Notes: generated by a model from the sequence alone, not told the origin. Counted from the stretch's first letter, positions 37,811 to 48,010 are shown. The stretch: DNA of 64,000 bases from an uncultured Actinomycetes bacterium (GCA_963805545.1 CAWDUU010000004.1:13255-77254); one strand, 5' to 3'. Translations and numbers: made by a program.

Positions 37811-39572
37811 ACGCGACCGACCCCGTGGTGAACTCGGTCGCGGTCGTGGCGATGATCTGGGCCGTGTAGGTGCCGTGCGTCGCAGGCAGCTTGTTGTCCT
37901 GCATCTCGCCCCACCGCTTCAGCACCGGCCCGGCCGGATGGTCGGCGTTGTCGAGGTTCTTCACGATCGCACCGGACGCGTCCCGGATCACGATCCTGAC
38001 CGCGGCGTCCTTGTTCAGGTCGAAGCTGATGGTGACGCACGGCGACACCGGCGAGACCTGCGCCGCGAGGTTCGCGACCGTGAGCACGTTCGGAGTCACG
38101 GGCGCCGTGGCGCCCGTGCGGATCACGGTGTGCCCCGCGGAGCTCCGGGCCCGCACCGCGACGCGCAGGGTCGAGCCCAGGTCGCTCGGCATGACGACGT
38201 AGGTCGAGGCGGTGGAGCCGGAGATGAGCTTGCATCCCAGGCCGAACGCATTACAGCGCTGCCACTGATCCGTTACGACGGGAGCCGGGACGCCTGCCCA
38301 CATCCCGTTGTCCACCGACAACACCTGCCCCACCTGCGCGAATCCGGCCACCTGCGGCTGGACGTCGGCGGCCGGAGCGATGCCCATCGCCGGTGCCGGC
38401 GCCGCGAGCGCGACGGCCAGGTCGGCGCCCACCGGGTTGAACGACTTCGTGCGCGTGAGGAGCGTGAACGGGTCGCTGCCCTGGCCCAGGTTCCAGCGCG
38501 CCCACGAGAGCCCGTAGCGGGTCATGACGGAGAGCAGGTGGTGCTGGAACTCGATGACGCCCGTGTCGGCGGTCTGCGCGCCCCACTCGCCGACGACCAG
38601 CGGGATCCCGAGCCGGCGCGTGCGGTTCACCGCCGACTCGAGGTTCGCGGCGAGCGCGTCCTCGGAGCCGTGGTAGTCGAGGAAGTTCTGGTTGTGGGTG
38701 GCGTCCCAGGACGGCGCCCACCCCTCCTGGTCGGGCGTGAACCCCGACCCGTAGAGGCCGTTGTAGTAGTCGTGCAGGTCGAGGACGAGGTTCGTCATCG
38801 GCCCGAACCTGGCGAAGTCGGCGTTCTCGAGCCCGTTGTCGCCGCCGCCGCGCAGCATGAAGAAGACGGCCCGCTCGGGATCGCGCAGCCGGATCGCGTT
38901 CACGATCGGCGCCTCCCACGAGATCACGGCCTGCGTGGACGCGTGGGTCTCGCCCAGGTTCCCGACCATCGGCTCGTTCAGGACCTCGTAGCCGACGACG
39001 TTGGCGTGCGAGCCGTAGCGGCTCACCATCATCCGCACGAACGCGAGGTAGTCCTGGCGACCGGCGGCGTCGGTCCACCAGTCGCCCATCGCCTGCTTCA
39101 CCCCCTCGCCGGTCCTGGGGTAGAGCCCGGGTCGGACGTCGTTGTAGAACCAGCCCGGGATGCCCGTCTCGCCGGTGCCGAAGTAGGGCGACCACTTGTA
39201 CTGGTGGAAGTCGATGAGGACGTTCACCCCGTGGGCCTCGTACCACGACACCTGATCGTCGAGCCGCTGAAGGTAGGTCTGGTTCCAGGTGTGGACGCCG
39301 CCGACGGGCGCCGTGTCCTCCACCGTGCTCCACGGGGCCAGGATGCGCACGAAGTTCGATCCCAGGGTGAGCGCCATCCCGTTCGACTGCACGCCGGCGC
39401 CGCCCTGCTGGTTCACGCCGCGCAGCACGATCGGGAGCCCGTTCTGGTCGGTGAAGCCGACCCCCTGGACGTGCACCCACGGCGGAACGATCGCCGCGGA
39501 GCCGATCGACGGGACGACGAGCATGGAAAGGGCGAGAGCGCCCGTTGAGATGAGCGTCCGAAAGGAGAGCAT
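37800..39572 (-). CDS. Secreted glycoside hydrolase family 5 with Ig-like and FlgD-Ig-like C-terminal domains
   Basis: Signal peptide, LIDFHQ, YEVLNEP acid/base, VGEWG nucleophile; QPQVAG...DQWQRC Ig-like module; ISFDL...IVIRDASGAIVK FlgD-like. Confidence 0.82.
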   Translation of the reverse strand: MLSFRTLISTGALALSMLVVPSIGSAAIVPPWVHVQGVGFTDQNGLPIVLRGVNQQGGAGVQSNGMALTLGSNFVRILAPWSTVEDTAPVGGVHTWNQTYLQRLDDQVSWYEAHGVNVLIDFHQYKWSPYFGTGETGIPGWFYNDVRPGLYPRTGEGVKQAMGDWWTDAAGRQDYLAFVRMMVSRYGSHANVVGYEVLNEPMVGNLGETHASTQAVISWEAPIVNAIRLRDPERAVFFMLRGGGDNGLENADFARFGPMTNLVLDLHDYYNGLYGSGFTPDQEGWAPSWDATHNQNFLDYHGSEDALAANLESAVNRTRRLGIPLVVGEWGAQTADTGVIEFQHHLLSVMTRYGLSWARWNLGQGSDPFTLLTRTKSFNPVGADLAVALAAPAPAMGIAPAADVQPQVAGFAQVGQVLSVDNGMWAGVPAPVVTDQWQRCNAFGLGCKLISGSTASTYVVMPSDLGSTLRVAVRARSSAGHTVIRTGATAPVTPNVLTVANLAAQVSPVSPCVTISFDLNKDAAVRIVIRDASGAIVKNLDNADHPAGPVLKRWGEMQDNKLPATHGTYTAQIIATTATEFTTGSVAFTI

Positions 39573-39661
39573 CCGACCCCCGGTGACGTTGCGGTTCCGG
39601 GCGGGGTATCGGGCGCGGCCCGGCGGCCGGCGCTACTCCTTCTGCGGTAATCGCCCTCCCG

Positions 39662-40648
39662 CTATCCGTACCGCTCGCCTGCCACAGCAGACAGCTTCTC
39701 GATCGAATGCGTGGCCTGGAGCGTGCGGACGGTGCCCGACTTCGAGCGCATGACGAGCGAGGACGTGAGCGCCCCTCCGGAGCGGTATCGCACCCCGCGG
39801 AGCAGGTCGCCGTCGGTGACCCCGGTGGCGGCGAAGAAGACGTTCTCGCCCCGGATCAGGTCGTCGGTGGTGAGCACGCGCTCGAGGTCGTAGCCGGCGT
39901 CGCGGGCGGCCTGCTCCTCGTCCTCGTTCCGCGGCCACAGCCGGCCCATGAACTGGCCGCCGAGGCACTTGAAGGCCGCGGCGGCGAGCACGCCCTCCGG
40001 CGTCCCGCCGATCCCCCACAGGAGGTCGATTCCGGTTTCGGGGCTCGCGGCCATCATCGCCCCGGCCACGTCGCCGTGCGGGATGAAGCGGATGCGGGCG
40101 CCGGCGGTGCGGATGCGCTTCACCATCTCGTCGTGGCGGGGGCGGTCGAGGATCACGACCATCAGGTCGCGCACCCGGCTCTTCCGCGCTCTGGCGACCG
40201 TCTCGAGCGTCTCCTCGATCGGCGCGTGCATGTCGAGCTCCTCGTCGATGTCCGCGCCGCAGGCCAGCTTCTCCATGTAGAAGACCGGCCCCGGGTCGAA
40301 CATCGTGCCCGATTCGGCGGCCGCGACGACGGCGAGCGCGTTCGGCTGGCCGCGGGCGACCAGCTCGGTGCCCTCGAGCGGGTCGACGGCGACGTCCACG
40401 CTCACGCCCGACCCGGTGCCGATCCGCTCCCCGTTGAAGAGCATCGGCGCCTCGTCCTTCTCGCCCTCGCCGATCACGACCACGCCGTCCATCTCGACGG
40501 TCGCCAGCATGTGGCGCATCGCGTCGACGGCGGCCTGGTCGGCCGCCTCCTTGTCGCCGAAGCCGACCCAGCGCGCCGACGCCAGCGCGGCCGCCTCGGT
40601 CACGCGGACGAGCTCGAGCGCGAGGTTGCGGTCGGGGGCTTCCGGCAT
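39662..40648 (-). CDS. glpX: Class II fructose-1,6-bisphosphatase
   Basis: [49 protein letters not shown]. Confidence 0.95.
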   Translation of the reverse strand: MPEAPDRNLALELVRVTEAAALASARWVGFGDKEAADQAAVDAMRHMLATVEMDGVVVIGEGEKDEAPMLFNGERIGTGSGVSVDVAVDPLEGTELVARGQPNALAVVAAAESGTMFDPGPVFYMEKLACGADIDEELDMHAPIEETLETVARARKSRVRDLMVVILDRPRHDEMVKRIRTAGARIRFIPHGDVAGAMMAASPETGIDLLWGIGGTPEGVLAAAAFKCLGGQFMGRLWPRNEDEEQAARDAGYDLERVLTTDDLIRGENVFFAATGVTDGDLLRGVRYRSGGALTSSLVMRSKSGTVRTLQATHSIEKLSAVAGERYG

Positions 40649-40663
40649 CGCGCGAGAGGATAC

Positions 40664-41287
40664 CTACACGCGGACCGGGGCGACCTCCTCGATCAGCTCG
40701 TAGGTCGTGTCCAGCCCGATCGAGGCCACGTGCGGTGCGAGGGCGTCGAGCATCTCCTGGCGTCCCGACCCGGCCGAGTCGCGGAAGGCCCGCATGTCGG
40801 CCACCCGAACGATGCCGAGCTGGATCGTGTGGTCCGCGTCCGTCTCGTCCCTGAGCAGCATGAACTCGAGGCCCGCCGGCGGCCCGCCCATTCGCTCGTT
40901 GAACTGCCGGCCCGTGTCCATGTAGGCGTCGAACGAGCCGGGCTTCAGCATCCGCTCGGTGAGCAGGACGCCCTTCTGGTTCCCCGTCGCCCCGCCGTCC
41001 TCGTGGACGGCGACGTCGAAGAGCCCCGAGACGAGCGTCTCGGCGATGTGAGGCGCCATCCGGTCGTGCCGGGCACGCTCGGACGGCTCGAGGTCGGCCT
41101 GGAGCCGCGCGGCCTCGTCGTCGGACACGTCAAAGAGGCCGATGATCGTGATCTGGTCGGGGTCGGCCGCGTCGCGCATCACGTAGGCGCCGGCAAACCC
41201 GGCCGGCCATTCGTCGGGCTCCCAGGCCTTGCGGAAGTCGTCGTAGTGGCCCGCGTTCAGCCGGCGGGCGGTGAAGACAGCCTTCAT
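40664..41287 (-). CDS. Hypothetical protein with two tandem alpha+beta (ABM-like) repeats
   Basis: ARRLNAGHYDDFRKAW...MRDAADPDQI versus ERMLKPGSFDAY...LRDETDADHTI. Confidence 0.6.
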   Translation of the reverse strand: MKAVFTARRLNAGHYDDFRKAWEPDEWPAGFAGAYVMRDAADPDQITIIGLFDVSDDEAARLQADLEPSERARHDRMAPHIAETLVSGLFDVAVHEDGGATGNQKGVLLTERMLKPGSFDAYMDTGRQFNERMGGPPAGLEFMLLRDETDADHTIQLGIVRVADMRAFRDSAGSGRQEMLDALAPHVASIGLDTTYELIEEVAPVRV

Positions 41288-41323
41288 CGAGACCCCCAAT
41301 CGTGGCGTTTGCAACCTGCCACT

Positions 41324-42238
41324 CTAGGCACGGGTGAGCCGGTTTGCAAGGCCGCTCACCAGCTCTTTTCGGAGCAGCGGCTCGACCCATCGCTGGGGGA
41401 TCGCGTCGGCTCCGAAGCGGGCTCCGGCCAGCGCGCCCGTCACCGCGGCGTTCGTGTCGGCGTCGCCGCCCAGGTTGACGGCGAAGACCACCGCCGGCTC
41501 GAACGCGTCGTGCCCGAACGCCGCCGCGAACGCGATCCGAAGGGTCGTCAGGACGTAGCCCCGCTGCTCCTGCGCTGCGGCGGCCAGCTCGGCCTCCTCG
41601 CCGGCGATCGCCGCGTCGGTCACGCGGGCGATCTCCGAGGTCGACCTGGGCGGCCTACGGCCCTGGATCAGGGCTGCCACCGTCAGGTTGAACCAGGCGC
41701 AGGCGTCGCCTGCCAGCGGGTCGTGGTGGGTGAGGCCGGAGTCGATCCTGGAGATGCGCTCGACGGCGCCCGGGTCGCCGCGGTAGCGGATCGCGATCGG
41801 CACGGTGCGCATGAGCGAGCCGTTGCCGGCGCTCCTGCCCTCGGCGGCGTGGTGGGCGGCGGCCGCCGCGCGCGCCTCCGCCGGGGAGCGCGACCGGCGC
41901 AGGGCGGCTGCCACCGTCGCGCCGATGTCCTTCGGCCGCGACCGCGCCCAGAGCGTGTAGCGGCCGAAGACGTCGTCCACGTCGTAGCGGCCCTGGTCGG
42001 CCATGCTGGCGGCGAGCTCGACCGCCATCGCGGTGTCGTCGGTCCACTCGCCCAGCTCCCACATGCCCGATGCAACCATGTCGCGCAGCGGCCCGCCGTA
42101 GCGGCTCGTGATCTGGTCGGGATGCAGCCACTCGACCGCCGCGCCGAGCGCGTCACCGACCGCAAGGCCGAGCATCGCCCCGCGGGCGCGGTCGTGGAGG
42201 CCCGGCGGCTCGCGGCGCCGGATCACGCCGCCTGGCAC
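41324..42238 (-). CDS. ADP-ribosylglycohydrolase family protein
   Basis: GLAVGDALG, WTDDT, AGNGSLMR, LTHHDP, GGDADTNAAVTGALAGA. Confidence 0.9.
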   Translation of the reverse strand: MPGGVIRRREPPGLHDRARGAMLGLAVGDALGAAVEWLHPDQITSRYGGPLRDMVASGMWELGEWTDDTAMAVELAASMADQGRYDVDDVFGRYTLWARSRPKDIGATVAAALRRSRSPAEARAAAAAHHAAEGRSAGNGSLMRTVPIAIRYRGDPGAVERISRIDSGLTHHDPLAGDACAWFNLTVAALIQGRRPPRSTSEIARVTDAAIAGEEAELAAAAQEQRGYVLTTLRIAFAAAFGHDAFEPAVVFAVNLGGDADTNAAVTGALAGARFGADAIPQRWVEPLLRKELVSGLANRLTRA

Positions 42239-42900
42239 CGCGGGCAGTGGTATGTGCGGCGGGCGTGCTCGCCCTGCACCGCGCTTCGGATCGGGGTGCG
42301 GCAGCGGGGGCAGGGACGGCCGGTGCGGCGATAGACGTGCATCGGCAGGCGGCCGGTCACGCCCCGGCGAAGCTGGCGGCGGGCGGTCGCGGCCAGCTCG
42401 AGCAGTTGCCGGTCGGAGAGCGCCGACGCCGCCTGGAACGGGCTCTGGCGCCGCTCCCAGAGCGTCTCGGACTTGACGATGTTGCCGATCCCGGCGAGCA
42501 CGCGCTGGTCGAGCAGGAGCTCGCCCACCGGCCGGTCGACCGCCCGCGCCCGGCGCAGGTAGGCGGCGGCGTCGAAGCGCCCATGGAGCAGGTCGGGGCC
42601 GAGCCGGAGCTGCGGCGGACGGCCGGCCAGCTCGACCCGCCCGGCGATGACGAGGTCGCCGGCGGCGGTGCGAAGCACGTTCGGCCCGCGCCCCTCCCCG
42701 CGCCGGCGCAGGCGCACGCTCCCGTGCAGGCCAAGGTGGGCGTGGAGGCAGCGGCCGTCCTCGATGTGGACGAGCAGGTGCTTCCCCCGCGCCTCGACGC
42801 CGGCGACGACGGCGCCCTCCAGCGGCCCTCCGTCGACCCGGGCGCCCACGAGCGGCCGCAGCCGCCGCGCTGCGCGTTCCAGCGAGTGTCCCTCGGGCAT
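42223..42900 (-). CDS. nei: Fpg/Nei-family DNA glycosylase/AP lyase
   Basis: MPEGH N-terminus, RGKHLL, LDQRVLAGIGNIVKSE H2TH, CPRC...CPRCQ Zn finger; TAGGCT -10. Confidence 0.88.
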   Translation of the reverse strand: MPEGHSLERAARRLRPLVGARVDGGPLEGAVVAGVEARGKHLLVHIEDGRCLHAHLGLHGSVRLRRRGEGRGPNVLRTAAGDLVIAGRVELAGRPPQLRLGPDLLHGRFDAAAYLRRARAVDRPVGELLLDQRVLAGIGNIVKSETLWERRQSPFQAASALSDRQLLELAATARRQLRRGVTGRLPMHVYRRTGRPCPRCRTPIRSAVQGEHARRTYHCPRCQAA

Positions 42901-42910
42901 TTCGGGGAGC

Positions 42911-45900
42911 CTACGCTCGCAGCACAAGCTTGCGGTGCCCCTGGAGGAAGCCGTGCTCCAGGAGCAGCTCCTCGGCCCGGGTGCCGCCGATGGGCTCGCC
43001 GTCCACGCGCTCCGGGGCGAGCCGCCGCACGCGGCCCGACTCGACCAGGCCGGCCAGCGCGGCGATCGCCGGCTCGATCAGGTCGGGCTCGATCGTGACG
43101 AGGCCGCGCCCGCCGCGCTCGACGTACAGGGCCGGCTTCCCGCCCGCCAGGACGACCCAGGCGCCGGCGATCCGTGCCAGCTTGCGGCTCGCGTCCGGCC
43201 ACGGAAGCGCCGCCCCGTACGGGTTGGCCGGGTCGACGGCGGCCAGCACGACCGGTGCTGTCGCCGGGTCAGCCTCGCGCACGTCGCGCAGCCGCTCGAC
43301 GGCGGTCGTGACGGCGAACTGGGCGCCTCCCAGGCCCTCGACGAAGTAACCGCGCTGGGCCCGGCCGGCCTCCTCCATCAGCCGCAGCTCGCCGTAGACG
43401 GCCGAGAACCCGCCGGGGATGCCCTCGGCGAGGACGCCGGCCCGGGTGACCACGCCGTGCCGGTCGAGCAGCGTCTCTGCCAGGGCGCGGGCCCGCTCAC
43501 GCGGCGCCGGGGCCGGCTGGAGCAGGCCCTCGACCAGCGACCAGCGCCCGCGGGCGGCGGGGAGCGACGCCGTCGGCTTCGCTCGCCGCCCGGCCCGTCC
43601 CGGCCGCAGCTCGTCCACCGACCGCAGCGTCGCGCCGCTGCGGAGCGGCTGCCACGCGTCGTTGGTCACGGCCCCTTCCCACACGAGGCTCCAGAGCTCG
43701 GCGAGCGTCTCGCGCTCGGAGAGCGCGACCGCGGCCACGACGTCGGCGAAGAACATCGCCCCGCGACTGTGCAGGGCGTCGATGATCGGATGTGACACTT
43801 CCGATGCGTTACCTGGTAACGCCACGAGGCGGGCGTCCGAGCGCGGGTGGAGGGCGACGCGGCCGCGGCCGGCGCCGATCCAGACGACCTCGCCGCCGGC
43901 CGTCAGCTCGTCGAGCATCGCCGGCGTGTAGCCCGGCACGCGCAGGGGCAGGACGTCGGACTCCCACGCCTCGACCGGGAGCGCGATGCCCTGGAGCTGG
44001 GCGACCGTGTCGCGCAGGCGGTCGATGCCGCGGCCCTGGTCGCGGCCGATCCCCTGCCACGCCGGAAGGAAGCGGGCCAGCGCCTCGGGCTCGACGGGCT
44101 CGACGGCCCGGCGCACGGCCGCCAGCGTCCGCCGGCGGACGCGGCGAAGGACGTCCGGAGCGACCCATTCCGTGCCCGCGCCGCCCGGCCGGAACTCGCC
44201 CTCCAGCAGCTGCCCCTCGGCCGCCAGGTCGCGCAGGACGCCGCTCACGTCGACCCCCCAGCGGGCCGAGAGCTCCTCGGCGGTGAACGGCCCGTGCGAG
44301 CGGGCGTAGCGCCCGACCAGGCGTCGCAGCGCCCCGTCGACGGGATCGAGGAAGGCCGCCGGAAGGCCGACCGGCGGCACCGCCCCCAGCGCATCGCGGT
44401 AGAGGCCGGCATCCTCGGCGGCGATCAGCCGCTCCCCGCCCGCGACCCGGACCCAGGCCGCCCGCCGGGCCGCCACCAGATCGTCGATCCCCGACGCGCC
44501 GCGGGCCGCCAACTCGTCGCGCGACAGGTCGCCCAGCCGGCGCAGCAGGTCGTGGGTGCGGTCGAGGTCGAGCGAGCGGCCCTCGCCCTGGAGCTCGGCC
44601 TGGACGTCGCGGATCGCGTCGCCGTCGAGCAGCTCGCGCAGGTCGTCGCTTCGCAGCAGCTCGGCGAGCAGGGCGCGGTCGAGCTGGAGCGCCTGCGCCC
44701 GCCGCTCGGCCGCCGGCGCGTCGCCCTCGTACATGTAGGTGGCGATGTAGTCGAAGAGGAGCGAGGACGCGAAGGGCGAGGGCACCGCCGACTCGACCTC
44801 GACCAGCCGCACCTCGCCGCCTGCGATCGCGCGCAGGAGGCCCTTCAGCGCCGGAACCTCGAACACGTCGGAGAGCACCTCGCGGTAGGTCTCGAGCAGG
44901 ATCGGGAACGAGCCGTACTTCTGCGCGACCTGCTGGAGGTCGTGGGCCTTCAGCCGCTGCTGCCAGAGCGGCGTTCGCTGACCGGGCCGGCGGCGCGGGA
45001 TGAGGAGCGCGCGGGCGGCGTTCTCGCGAAACCGGGCCGCGAAGAGCGGGCTCTCGGAGACGCGGTCGATCAGGAGGTCGTCCAGGTCGTCCGGCGGGAT
45101 CGCGATCAGGTCGACGGGCGGCGGAGTGTCGGAGTCGGGCAGCCGGATGGCGATGCCGTCGTCGGCCCACAGCGACTCGACCTCGATGCCGAGCGCCTCG
45201 CTCATCCGCCGCTCGACGGCGAGCGCCCACGGCGCGTGGACGCGGCCGCCGAACGGCGAGAGCACGCAGATCCGCCAGTCGCCGATCTCGTCGCGGAAGC
45301 GCTCGACGACGACGGTGCGGTCGGACGGGATCACGCCGGTGGCGGCCTCCTGGTCGTCGAGATAGTTGGCGAGGTTGGTCGCGGCCAGCTCGTCGAGGTC
45401 GCCAAAGCGGCGGGTACGGGCCGCCTCGCCCACCGCCCGGCCGAGCTCGTAGGGCCGTCCGACCCCGTCGCCCTTCCAGAACGGCATCCGGCCCGGCACG
45501 CCCGGCGCCGGCGACACCAGCACCCGGTCGCGGGTGATCTGCTCGATCCGCCACGACGTCGCCCCGAGCTGGAAGACCTCGCCCGAGCGGGCCTCGTAGA
45601 CCATCTCCTCGTCGAGCTCGCCCACCCTTGCGCCGGAGTCGGCCAGGAAGACGCCGTAGAGCCCCCTGTCCGGGATCGTCCCGCCCGACGTGACGGCCAG
45701 CCGGCGGGCGTCGTCGCGCCCGCGGACGACGCCGGCGGCCCGGTCCCAGACCACCCGCGGCCGAAGCTCCGCGAACTCGTCGGACGGATAGCGCCCGGCC
45801 AGCATGTCGAGCACGCCCTCGAGCTGCGTGCGGCTCAGATCCGAGTAGGGCGCCGCCCGCGTGACCATCGCGTGCAGGTCGTCGACCGTCCAGTCGTCCA

Positions 45901-47146
45901 TCACCGTGGTCGCGACGAGCTGCTGGGCGAGCACGTCGAGCGGCTGGCGCGGGACGCGGGTGTGCTCGATCGCGCCCTCGCGCATCCGGCCGACGACGAC
46001 GGCCGTCTCGAGCAGGTCGCCGCGGTACTTCGGGAAGAAGCGGCCGTTCGAGGCGGCGTCGACGTGATGGCCGGCCCGCCCGACCCGCTGGAGGCCGGCG
46101 GCCACCGACTTCGGCGACTCCACCTGCACGACGAGGTCGATCGCGCCCATGTCGATCCCGAGCTCGAGCGACGAGGTGGCGACGAGCGCCGGCAGCCGTC
46201 CGGTCTTCAGCATCTCCTCGATCTCGAGCCGCTGCTCGCGGGCTATCGAGCCGTGGTGGGCGCGCGCGATCTCCTCCTCGGCGAGGTCGTTCAGGCGGTG
46301 GGCGACGCGCTCGGCCGCACGGCGGCTGTTCACGAAGACGAGGGTCGAGCGGTGGGCGCGAACGAGCTCGAGCAGGCGCGGGTAGATCGCGGGCCAGATC
46401 GACTGGCGCGGCTCGCCGTCGGCGGCCGGGGCGCCGCCCAGCTCACGCATGTCGGGGACGGGAACGACGACCTCCAGGTCGAGCGGCTTGCGATGGCCGG
46501 CATCGACGATCTCGACCGGGCGGTCGCCGCCCAGGAAGCGCGCGATCTCGTCGAGCGGCCGCTGGGTCGCCGAGAGCCCGATCCGCTGCGGATCGCCGCC
46601 GGTCAGGTGGGCCAGCCGCTCGAGCGAGAGCGCCAGATGCGTGCCGCGCTTCCCGCCGGCCAGCGCGTGGATCTCGTCGACGATGACGGTCTGGACGCCG
46701 GCCAGCATCTCGCGCGCCGACGAGGTCAGGATCAGGTAGAGCGACTCGGGCGTCGTGATCAGGATGTCGGGCGGCCGGCGCCGCATCGCCGCCCGCTCGC
46801 GCTGGGGCGTGTCGCCGCTTCGCACCGCCACCTCGACCGCGCGCGGGGTCTCGATGCCGTGCAGCGGCGCGCGCAGGTTCCGCTCGACGTCGTGGTTCAG
46901 AGCCTTGAGCGGGCTGACGTAGAGCACGCGGGTGCCGCGCTCGGCCGGGTCGCGCACCAGCCCGTCGATGGCCGTCAGGAAGGCGGCGAGCGTCTTGCCC
47001 GAGCCGGTCGGCGCCAGAACCAGGGTGTGCTTTCCGGCGGCGATCGGCGGCCAGCCCCTGGCCTGGGCCGGAGTGGGCCGCTCGAAGCTCCGCCGGAACC
47101 AGTCCGCGACGGGCGGGGAGAAGCTTCGGAGCGGTTCGGCGGCCAC
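42911..47146 (-). CDS. lhr: Lhr-family DEAD/H helicase with C-terminal glycosylase-like region
   Basis: APTGSGKT, DEIH, SAT, HHGS, QRVGRAGH, DPANPYG, YFVEGLGGAQFA. Confidence 0.93.
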   Translation of the reverse strand: MAAEPLRSFSPPVADWFRRSFERPTPAQARGWPPIAAGKHTLVLAPTGSGKTLAAFLTAIDGLVRDPAERGTRVLYVSPLKALNHDVERNLRAPLHGIETPRAVEVAVRSGDTPQRERAAMRRRPPDILITTPESLYLILTSSAREMLAGVQTVIVDEIHALAGGKRGTHLALSLERLAHLTGGDPQRIGLSATQRPLDEIARFLGGDRPVEIVDAGHRKPLDLEVVVPVPDMRELGGAPAADGEPRQSIWPAIYPRLLELVRAHRSTLVFVNSRRAAERVAHRLNDLAEEEIARAHHGSIAREQRLEIEEMLKTGRLPALVATSSLELGIDMGAIDLVVQVESPKSVAAGLQRVGRAGHHVDAASNGRFFPKYRGDLLETAVVVGRMREGAIEHTRVPRQPLDVLAQQLVATTVMDDWTVDDLHAMVTRAAPYSDLSRTQLEGVLDMLAGRYPSDEFAELRPRVVWDRAAGVVRGRDDARRLAVTSGGTIPDRGLYGVFLADSGARVGELDEEMVYEARSGEVFQLGATSWRIEQITRDRVLVSPAPGVPGRMPFWKGDGVGRPYELGRAVGEAARTRRFGDLDELAATNLANYLDDQEAATGVIPSDRTVVVERFRDEIGDWRICVLSPFGGRVHAPWALAVERRMSEALGIEVESLWADDGIAIRLPDSDTPPPVDLIAIPPDDLDDLLIDRVSESPLFAARFRENAARALLIPRRRPGQRTPLWQQRLKAHDLQQVAQKYGSFPILLETYREVLSDVFEVPALKGLLRAIAGGEVRLVEVESAVPSPFASSLLFDYIATYMYEGDAPAAERRAQALQLDRALLAELLRSDDLRELLDGDAIRDVQAELQGEGRSLDLDRTHDLLRRLGDLSRDELAARGASGIDDLVAARRAAWVRVAGGERLIAAEDAGLYRDALGAVPPVGLPAAFLDPVDGALRRLVGRYARSHGPFTAEELSARWGVDVSGVLRDLAAEGQLLEGEFRPGGAGTEWVAPDVLRRVRRRTLAAVRRAVEPVEPEALARFLPAWQGIGRDQGRGIDRLRDTVAQLQGIALPVEAWESDVLPLRVPGYTPAMLDELTAGGEVVWIGAGRGRVALHPRSDARLVALPGNASEVSHPIIDALHSRGAMFFADVVAAVALSERETLAELWSLVWEGAVTNDAWQPLRSGATLRSVDELRPGRAGRRAKPTASLPAARGRWSLVEGLLQPAPAPRERARALAETLLDRHGVVTRAGVLAEGIPGGFSAVYGELRLMEEAGRAQRGYFVEGLGGAQFAVTTAVERLRDVREADPATAPVVLAAVDPANPYGAALPWPDASRKLARIAGAWVVLAGGKPALYVERGGRGLVTIEPDLIEPAIAALAGLVESGRVRRLAPERVDGEPIGGTRAEELLLEHGFLQGHRKLVLRA

Positions 47147-47165
47147 CCCCGAAGCCTACAGACGC

Positions 47166-47192
47166 AACAGCGGGGTCAGACCCGTGTTTTCA
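47166..47192 (-). repeat. REP-like palindrome TGAAAACACGGGTCTGACCCCGCTGTT
   Basis: Intergenic hairpin resembling the 54351..54428 units. Confidence 0.5.
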
Positions 47193-47194
47193 GG

Positions 47195-48010
47195 TCAGCC
47201 GCCCGCGACGTCGCGGCGCACGAAGACCATGTACGCGCCGATCCCGGCAGGCACCGCGTAGAGGGCGCACACCCAGACGGCGCGAAGGATCGGCGCCCAG
47301 TCGGTCGGCGTGCGGAAGAACCCCTGCCACGCCTGGAACTGGGTGGTGAGCAGGTACGGATCGGTGCCCGAGAGGCCGGGCAGGATGCCGACGAGCTGCA
47401 TGAGGAGCGCGAACATCAGCGTGCCGACCACTGCCGCCGCGCTGTTGCGGGTGAGCGCCGAGAGCAGCAGGCCGATGCAGACGACCGCGGCCACGGGGAT
47501 CATGTAGACCGCGAAGCTGGCCGCAACCAGCCCCAGCGCGTGGCCGGCCGCGACGCGCGTCCCGGAGAGGCTCGTGAGCCCGTTGAAGCCCGACTTGGCC
47601 GTCCCCGCGACCACCGCGACCGAGCCCATCAGGACGAGCGCGAGCAGCGCGTACGTGGCGGCCGCGAGCAGCTTGCCGGCGAAAACCTGGCCTCTGTCGA
47701 GCGACCGCGTGAGGATCGTCTTCAGCGTCCCGTTGTGATCCTCGGCCGCGATGATGTCGCCCGCCACGAGCGCGGTCACCAGCGGGAAGAGCCACACCGA
47801 CGAGAAGAGCAGGAGCACGAGCGGGATTGCGAGGCCCGACTCGCGGACGTACCGGCCGAACGCCACGTCGTTCGGCGAGCCGCTCTGGAGTGAGAGCGCC
47901 GTCACGAAGATCAGCGGCACCGCGGCGGCCGCTCCGAGTCCGAGGTACGTCCGCTTCTGGGAGACCAGCTTGCGAAGCTCCCAGCGGTAGGCGGTGAGGA
48001 ACGTCGGCAT
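47195..48010 (-). CDS. ABC-2 type transporter permease
   Basis: RWELRKL, AGDIIAAEDHNGTLKTILTR, six TMs. Confidence 0.85.
   Translation of the reverse strand: MPTFLTAYRWELRKLVSQKRTYLGLGAAAAVPLIFVTALSLQSGSPNDVAFGRYVRESGLAIPLVLLLFSSVWLFPLVTALVAGDIIAAEDHNGTLKTILTRSLDRGQVFAGKLLAAATYALLALVLMGSVAVVAGTAKSGFNGLTSLSGTRVAAGHALGLVAASFAVYMIPVAAVVCIGLLLSALTRNSAAAVVGTLMFALLMQLVGILPGLSGTDPYLLTTQFQAWQGFFRTPTDWAPILRAVWVCALYAVPAGIGAYMVFVRRDVAGG

Noticed and set aside
42900-47190. LexA (SOS) box upstream of lhr or nei
   Set aside because: No TCGAAC-N4-GTTCGA-like palindrome seen; only TAGGCT leaderless -10 elements.
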